From a virus (lineage: Duplodnaviria; Heunggongvirae; Uroviricota; Caudoviricetes), in IMG/VR virus record IMGVR_UViG_2671180885_000005: a stretch of DNA of 46,052 nucleotides; one strand, written 5' to 3'. Of the stretch, positions 39,939-46,052 are shown piece by piece. The notes beneath the pieces are model-generated. The model worked only from the letters and a program-made list of their open reading frames with translations. It did no database searches and was not told where the DNA came from. Positions within the stretch are counted from its first letter, which is position 1. Each line of letters begins with the position of its first letter. The position numbers and the translations under genes are program-made.

Positions 39939-40376
39939 CTAGTTCTCAGGGTTTGAGGGTATCAGCAGTCGCCCCATCAGTTTGCCGTCATGGGCGTACT
40001 CAAAGTATTTTTCTTTGGTATACGGGTCCGTCACCTCCTGGTATTCCAGTTTGATGTTATCGGCAATACACAGCGCATTCATCAGTGGCTGGACGGTTTT
40101 TTCCTGCATATCCACGAGGTAGTAGTAACTGCCATCCTCGCAGCCATCGGGCGACTGGCGGGTACGTAAAACCTGCAAGGTGGGACCGGATAAGTAGTCA
40201 ACCTGTGACCATTCTTCGCTGACATCATCCTGGTGGCTGACCACATCACTGAAACGCGGTGGGGTAAGGTCCTTAAATTTACTGATGGCCTTCAGGTCAT
40301 CACTTCTGTCATCGCATGCGATGAGAAACAGAGTGGTGGCAACCAGCGCCAGCAGAGGCAGTGTTTTACGTTTCAT
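39939..40376 (-). CDS. lipoprotein (YafY-like)
   Basis: N-terminal lipobox MKRKTLPLLALVATTLFLIAC. Confidence 0.7.
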   Translation of the reverse strand: MKRKTLPLLALVATTLFLIACDDRSDDLKAISKFKDLTPPRFSDVVSHQDDVSEEWSQVDYLSGPTLQVLRTRQSPDGCEDGSYYYLVDMQEKTVQPLMNALCIADNIKLEYQEVTDPYTKEKYFEYAHDGKLMGRLLIPSNPEN

Positions 40377-40612
40377 TATTTTTTTCCTGAAATCAGACGA
40401 ACCACTTTGGCAAAGACATAAATGCCCACGAAAATACCCACCGGCACGCCGACGAACGGTGTCAGCGCGACACTGGCAGCACCGGCTGCGCCACCTCCCG
40501 TCAGCAGTGCGGCAACAGTGGCAAGGGTCAGGGCCGCGAGACTGTCGGACACCCCGGTTTTGTTCAGAATGATGACGATGACAACAATGGCGATAATGGC
40601 AATAACGGGCAT
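40376..40612 (-). CDS. small membrane protein (78 aa; YkfL/YpjK-like)
   Basis: ATG at 40612 after GGAGG; highly hydrophobic. Confidence 0.55.
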   Translation of the reverse strand: MPVIAIIAIVVIVIILNKTGVSDSLAALTLATVAALLTGGGAAGAASVALTPFVGVPVGIFVGIYVFAKVVRLISGKK

Positions 40613-40652
40613 AGGGCTCCTCCCTGTTGCCGGGTTGATAACAACGCTTACG

Positions 40653-41354
40653 CTATTCTGGTGGGCTGTCGGCCGGAACAAACGTAAGCAGTGACTGCTG
40701 GATAAAGCGAAAATGGGGTAAGGACTGAATAAAGCCCGGGTCTTCAACAAGACGACACAGACTGTCGTTACGCCGGAAAGTCTCCTGCAGGGGCTGAACC
40801 AGATGGATTTCATCCAGGGAGAATACGGCGATATGTCCGTCGTGCTCTGCCACCAGATACCAGGCCTGCTGGTGGATAAGTAACCGGCAGGGAGCCAGCC
40901 GCTCACAGCGTCGCCCCTCGGCAATCAGAGTCACCCGCCTGCGCCCGGTAATGGCCTGAATCAGTCGCCAGAAAGACAATGCGCCTGATGGCGAAGGAGA
41001 CGGACTGGCGGGTGCGATTACGCAGGGAGACTCATCGCACATCAGCAGTGCGTTTACCAGACGACGGTCAAAGCCAGGGAAAAGACCGGCCATCCCGCTG
41101 CGGTGGGCAAAGATAAGCACGTCGGGCACCATCTGCGTCTCACTGCCCGCAGTGCGTAAGCGGCAATATCCGGACTGATACTCCAGGTCCAGATACATCA
41201 GCCGCTCACGAAAATCACGCCGCAGCGTGCGCACCGACACACCAAACTCAGCGGCAAGCTTACGCACACTCAGCGTTTCCCCTGCCACCAGACGGCTGAT
41301 TATCAGTGACAGCCTGACAGCCAGCCGGTCATGGCGGCGTTCTGCCTGTGTCAT
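40653..41354 (-). CDS. HTH plus WYL-domain transcriptional regulator (YfjR-like)
   Basis: N-terminal HTH ([21 protein letters not shown]) and a C-terminal WYL-like region ([15 protein letters not shown]). Confidence 0.65.
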   Translation of the reverse strand: MTQAERRHDRLAVRLSLIISRLVAGETLSVRKLAAEFGVSVRTLRRDFRERLMYLDLEYQSGYCRLRTAGSETQMVPDVLIFAHRSGMAGLFPGFDRRLVNALLMCDESPCVIAPASPSPSPSGALSFWRLIQAITGRRRVTLIAEGRRCERLAPCRLLIHQQAWYLVAEHDGHIAVFSLDEIHLVQPLQETFRRNDSLCRLVEDPGFIQSLPHFRFIQQSLLTFVPADSPPE

Positions 41355-41570
41355 GAGACGTTCTCCGTGAAAGTTAACTGACTGAAAATGATGTGATTAC
41401 TTTAAAGAGGGGGTCGGACAGGGTATGGACACCACAGAAACTATTTTTCATTTCTGCAAAAGCCAGAGGCAGCGGGGGTTACAGGCCTTCCCTCGGTGAG
41501 TGAGGACCGTCAGCACGGTGCGATGCGGACAGGTGGTGTCCGATATTAACAAAGCAGCAACATTAAACGG

Positions 41571-42407
41571 TCACTGCAGTTGCGTGAGCAGGGCTTCCGC
41601 CATCACCCACAGTGCCCGGTTAAGTTTCACGTCCCCGTCGATACCGCGAACGGCACGGGTATGTGACCGTCCTCCTTTGGCATTACGGCCACTGAGCCCG
41701 CCCTTAATCAGGTTCTCCTGAATACGCTGGTACGTGGTCCACAGGTCATTGCTCTCATCCTGCCAGCGGCGAGGGGAGAGGATCTGCGATTCAGTCACCG
41801 GCTGGTGGTCTTCACCAAAGCGGTATGTGAGGGCGGCTTTTGCCAGTGCCTGCTGTGCCGGGGGTGGCAACAGCAACGACTGCATGGCATCCCGTTTCTC
41901 CTCCACCCGGTCAAAAATCCCCAGCACCTCATACGCGCCTTCAATCACCTGACTTACCACGTCCCCCTTGTGTGGCACCCGCACCTCGCCAAACGACTCA
42001 CCGCAGACGAGCCCGTTCTGACAAACCGCACGAAATAAACCCGGCAACATCTGGTACGAACTGGTGCCATCATGGGAGTTGAGCAGGATAATTTCTGGTA
42101 CCTGTTTACCGGTAATCTGCCCCTCCCGACGAAGGCGTAGCATGTGTTTTGTGTGCTCGCGTCGACCCGGGTCGCGTACCCGGGTCTGACAGGCAAAGAA
42201 CGGCTGGAAGCCTTCGCGCTGCAGGCTGTCCAGCAGGGATATGGTGGGTATATAGGTATAACGCTCACTACGGGATGCGTGTTTGTCCTCACTGAATACA
42301 CTGGGCACCACGCGAAACAGCTCTTCGCGGGTTAACGGGCGGTCGCGACGGATAAGATTTGCTGCGCCAAAGCGCGAAGCCAGACGGGTCATAAGCAGAC
42401 TCCTCAT
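41571..42407 (-). CDS. DUF932-family protein (YafZ/YfjQ-like)
   Basis: 278-aa ORF in the conserved position after the GTPase. Confidence 0.75.
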   Translation of the reverse strand: MRSLLMTRLASRFGAANLIRRDRPLTREELFRVVPSVFSEDKHASRSERYTYIPTISLLDSLQREGFQPFFACQTRVRDPGRREHTKHMLRLRREGQITGKQVPEIILLNSHDGTSSYQMLPGLFRAVCQNGLVCGESFGEVRVPHKGDVVSQVIEGAYEVLGIFDRVEEKRDAMQSLLLPPPAQQALAKAALTYRFGEDHQPVTESQILSPRRWQDESNDLWTTYQRIQENLIKGGLSGRNAKGGRSHTRAVRGIDGDVKLNRALWVMAEALLTQLQ

Positions 42408-42483
42408 AACGGGAAAACAAATAAAAGGGATCCCCGTCGCATCGGCGACAGGGGCAGGGAAGTAACAGGGATGGGTTAAATAC

Positions 42484-43347
42484 TCAGAAGAAGAAATCCC
42501 AGACGGCGCGGGCCACTGACACCACCGTGGTGCGCACGGCCTGAATGACAGCCCGTACCGGGGCGGGTATCAGGGGAAAGGCACTGATGCTATCGAGTAC
42601 GGCCCCGACGGTTTCACCAAAATCGCTACGAGCCTGTTCCCGGACTACCGTCGTGCGAAAGGAAGACTGGAGTTGCGACACCACCGGGCTGGTGGCCTCA
42701 CGTGGCAGGCACTTAATCATTCGCTCGGCCATCACCCGCAGTCCCCACTGAAGACGGACCGACACGGCACACACCGGATGTACGGGCTGGAACAGCTCAT
42801 GCAGCAGACAGATTTTACGGCTGATATTCTGCTTCTGCGCCGTGGACAACGGTCCCCCACCGCTGGTGGGTTCGGCCTTATCCGACTGGCTGATAACAAA
42901 CAGCACCTTATGCCGGTATACCTCTCCAATCACCTGATGATAAAAATGTTCATCCACCGCCAGCGCCCGGTCATCGGCCTTAATCAGCCACAGTACCAGG
43001 TCGAGGCGAGGAAGCTGTTCGCGGTACAGCGCAGCATACTCGGTATCGCGAGCACCACTTTCGCCCACGCCGGGCAGGTCCACCAGCGTCATATAGCGGT
43101 CGCCGACTTGCAGGCGAAAGCGCAGTGGCTCACGGGTACATGCAGCCACATCGCTGACCGGTGATATATCTCCGGCAAACAGGGCATTGCACAGACTGCT
43201 CTTCCCAACACCGGTTTTACCCATAATGCCGATCACTGGCTCGTAGCGGGTTAACTGATTTATCTGCTGCAATATACGTTCAGACACCCACTGTGGCAGA
43301 CCAGCGAGCGATTGCTGAAACGGCTTCAATCCTTCAGAATTGTTCAT
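42484..43347 (-). CDS. GTPase (YkfA/YfjP family)
   Basis: ATG at 43347 after GAGGAG; P-loop GKTGVGKSS and DLPG motif. Confidence 0.8.
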   Translation of the reverse strand: MNNSEGLKPFQQSLAGLPQWVSERILQQINQLTRYEPVIGIMGKTGVGKSSLCNALFAGDISPVSDVAACTREPLRFRLQVGDRYMTLVDLPGVGESGARDTEYAALYREQLPRLDLVLWLIKADDRALAVDEHFYHQVIGEVYRHKVLFVISQSDKAEPTSGGGPLSTAQKQNISRKICLLHELFQPVHPVCAVSVRLQWGLRVMAERMIKCLPREATSPVVSQLQSSFRTTVVREQARSDFGETVGAVLDSISAFPLIPAPVRAVIQAVRTTVVSVARAVWDFFF

Positions 43348-43453
43348 TACTACTCCTCTGAAAAATAATACAAAAACGGCAGAATCGTGAGATTCCACCG
43401 TTAATCTGGTATGTTCAAAGGGATGATATATATCTGAAAATTATTAACTTGAT

Positions 43454-44380
43454 CTACTTTTTGTCTTTTTTACGTGATGAAACAGCCTGCTGCCAAGCAT
43501 GCTTCATTTTCTGAATAAAGAAATATTTTTCTTCAACTCCAGTGTCCCAACTATCCATGCATGCAATGATCATCTGTATTCTCATTGCAGGGTTATATGG
43601 TTTTAAATAAAAGGGGATCATATTTTTATTTCTCAGATACTCCCAGCAATAGATAGCTTGCTTTTCATCTTTTTTATCTAGCCAGTCATAATCAGTAAGA
43701 AATGTATTATATTGCTCTAGCCATTTATCATGCAACTTACGAAAATAGGAAATTTTCTGACTTAAACTTACAGGAGCTAAATCAATAAACCTCATCAAAG
43801 TACAAATGCGTTCTTGTTCGGATGTTGTATTCGGGCTGTAGTTGTCGGGATCTGCGCCAGATGTTAAATAAAATCTACGCGAGTATTTTTCAGGTATATC
43901 TCTATTTTTTTCTTTATTGCTAGGGGAGATTCCCACCTGCATTTCGGCTTGTACTTCATCAAGTGAGAAATTTTTAATTTCATCAATGTTTATAAATTCA
44001 AAAAAGGATGCAGGAGTTGAGTTCGGGTTGTAAATATTATCTTGTGCAAAGATATTCACGCTCGAGGAGGTTTCAGGACTGATTCTGTTGTTATATATAT
44101 ACATTAAGGCAAACCACGATCCTCTATCAGAACCTTTGAAGCAATCGAACTTCTCTTTGTCAATGATTTTGTAATGGAACTGTTTTTTCAAGTAAGTACG
44201 CGCACTTTGTATTGCTTCATTATTGAATAGGAATTTAGTGTTCAATATATGATTAATGAGTTTTTGAAATTCCTCAGGCGTGTCGAAATTACTCGCCTGC
44301 TTAATGTAATCTTCGTTGTAATACAGACTCAGAACGTAAAGGGAAAAGAACTCCTCTCTCACTTCGTCATACCTAAGCAT
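43454..44380 (-). CDS. hypothetical AT-rich protein (308 aa) heading the GTPase operon
   Basis: Long ORF, visibly AT-rich; no family recognised; occupies the slot where CP4-57 carries rnlAB. Confidence 0.55.
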   Translation of the reverse strand: MLRYDEVREEFFSLYVLSLYYNEDYIKQASNFDTPEEFQKLINHILNTKFLFNNEAIQSARTYLKKQFHYKIIDKEKFDCFKGSDRGSWFALMYIYNNRISPETSSSVNIFAQDNIYNPNSTPASFFEFINIDEIKNFSLDEVQAEMQVGISPSNKEKNRDIPEKYSRRFYLTSGADPDNYSPNTTSEQERICTLMRFIDLAPVSLSQKISYFRKLHDKWLEQYNTFLTDYDWLDKKDEKQAIYCWEYLRNKNMIPFYLKPYNPAMRIQMIIACMDSWDTGVEEKYFFIQKMKHAWQQAVSSRKKDKK

Positions 44381-44829
44381 GTACCCTCCAGTGTGATATC
44401 ACATCTGTCCGATGCTTTCAAAAGTATAAATGAACCATGATGATTTGGCATCTGCAAGGTGACTGTTGACTGGTTTTTTGCTGATTTTTTAATGATAAAG
44501 TAGTGATTACTAACTGATTAGTAAGTGATTAATGGCTGGTTGCCTCCTGTGATTTTTCTGCCTCTGGTAAATTGGGGGAGAGTACTGATCAACTCACCAC
44601 TCTGAATAATTTTCATGATTGCACTCTACAAAGTTTCGACATCCGTCAAATTGTAACGGTCAGAGAACAGCGTTACACGAGGTTTTCCGTATCTATGCAT
44701 TCTTAGTTGGGTAGCTCAACTGCTCCTTCCAGATCTTTTTTTACGTCACACCCCATTCATGTGGAGGAGAAGGCGTGAACAATTAGTTATCGCCTGCTCC
44801 GGTGCTCTTCTCGCAATGGGACACTCAGC

Positions 44830-45036
44830 ATGAAAACTAAACCTGCACTACTGGAAGATGAGTTCATCGATATGAAGTTTATCACACGCCTTACTGGCCT
44901 GAGTGATAAATGGTTCTATAAGTTGATACAGGAAGGGGTATTTCCGAAACCCATTAAGATGGGTAGAGCTTCTCGCTGGTTAAAAAGCGACCTGGAGGAG
45001 TGGTTGCAGGCTAAAATTAATGATTCCAGAAATTAA
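44830..45036 (+). CDS. alpA: AlpA-family phage regulatory protein / excisionase
   Basis: FITRLTGLSDKWFYKLIQEGVFPKPIKMGRASRWLKSDLEEWL is a typical AlpA HTH. Confidence 0.8.
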   Translation: MKTKPALLEDEFIDMKFITRLTGLSDKWFYKLIQEGVFPKPIKMGRASRWLKSDLEEWLQAKINDSRN

Positions 45037-45440
45037 ATATTTTGGACTGTGTTTATCAAATTCCATGCCCTTTTTGCTGCTTAATTTTAAATGACACTCT
45101 GATCATGCACCGTGATTGAAATAAGTTATAGCCACCCCTTAATCATTTTTTTCAGACGACATTAACTTCGGAGTAAATAATTTAACACAATGAAATATCA
45201 AACCGCATCTGGCCTGAATGTTGAGTATTAATACGTGACGGATTGTTAATATATATCAGTACATAAACCCCAACATTCCAGTAATACACACCTACGCAAT
45301 ACACACCAAGCAATTTAGTCAGCATCACCCAACTAACATCCAACACAAACTCAATAAGCCAGATTTGATACCACCTAATTACCTCAACCATCGCGGGTAA
45401 GGTTCCGTCCTGCCCGATATTCATATCACAGGAATCTATT

Positions 45441-46052
45441 ATGCTTAATGATATTTATCTTGACCAACGTCATGCCCCATTCAATACAACGTATTTGCAA
45501 CGGATGCTGGGTGTAATTGATAACGCTATAGCACAACACCCAAGGACAATGGCTGTCCGTGTCGATCTACGTCTGCCTGATGACAACTGTAATAGGAATA
45601 GTGGTCTGATATCCCGTTTCATTGAATCGCTTAATGCAAAAATCGATGCTCGGTACCGAAATAAAATAAAGAATGGCATCAGGAGCTACCCATGCCAGTT
45701 GCGTTACGCCTGGGTTCGGGAAGTGGGAGAAATAAACGAGAAGTCCCATTACCACATGGTACTTTTCGTGAACAAAGACACATTCAATGGACTTGGGAGC
45801 TATGGAGAAGGGGGAACGGGATTAGCCAGCCTGATACGTGAAGCCTGGCTGAGCGCTTTGCAACTAGGCCCTTACCCCGAATACCGAACGTTGGTCCACA
45901 TCCCGGACAACCCATTGTATTACCTGGACGTCAATAATTTAGACTACAAAACGGTTTACGATAAGCTCACTTTCCGTCTGAGCTACTTTGCGAAAGAGCG
46001 CACCAAGTCATACAGCCGGAATGAACGCTCGTTTGGCTGCAGTCAGTCCTGA
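45441..46052 (+). CDS. YagK/YfjJ-family (inovirus Gp2-like) protein
   Basis: 203-aa ORF ending at the window edge with a stop codon; position after alpA as in CP4-type islands. Family assignment is from memory and weak. Confidence 0.5.
   Translation: MLNDIYLDQRHAPFNTTYLQRMLGVIDNAIAQHPRTMAVRVDLRLPDDNCNRNSGLISRFIESLNAKIDARYRNKIKNGIRSYPCQLRYAWVREVGEINEKSHYHMVLFVNKDTFNGLGSYGEGGTGLASLIREAWLSALQLGPYPEYRTLVHIPDNPLYYLDVNNLDYKTVYDKLTFRLSYFAKERTKSYSRNERSFGCSQS

Noticed and set aside
40376-40924. Long 182-aa version of the small membrane protein ORF
   Set aside because: The extension overlaps the WYL regulator gene; the internal ATG at 40612 with GGAGG gives a 78-aa hydrophobic protein consistent with the YkfL/YpjK-like family.

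Overview
The window is an enterobacterial (E. coli-type) proA–thrW locus. It holds a complete proA gene (1..1254), tRNA-Thr(CGU) (1369..1444), and an apparently intact ~35.4 kb prophage inserted into the 3' end of the tRNA, bounded by 56-bp perfect direct repeats (attL 1399..1454, attR 36724..36779). Downstream of attR lies the left part of a CP4-6/CP4-57-type cryptic island (36780..46052). The prophage is mosaic: lambdoid control and lysis genes (integrase, excisionase, CI/Cro, O-like replication protein with iterons, RusA, QuuD-type antiterminator Q, holin, endolysin R, Rz/Rz1), an HK97-like head module (terminase, portal, protease, capsid) and a Mu-like contractile tail/baseplate module. 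The island carries the CbtA/CbeA toxin-antitoxin pair, RadC-like, antirestriction, DUF905, a lipoprotein, a WYL regulator, DUF932, a YkfA-type GTPase, AlpA and a YagK/YfjJ-like gene. The best candidate for an undescribed system is an AT-rich two-gene cassette on the minus strand between Q and the holin gene (13650..15062): a 313-aa soluble protein followed by a small four-helix membrane protein. Other candidate cargo: an AT-rich gene after Rz (16710..17468), an AT-rich 308-aa gene at the head of the island GTPase operon (43454..44380), and a PP-loop ATPase plus HD-hydrolase pair in the early-left operon. All protein calls are from reading the translations against remembered families; no database search was run, and GC contrasts are by eye.
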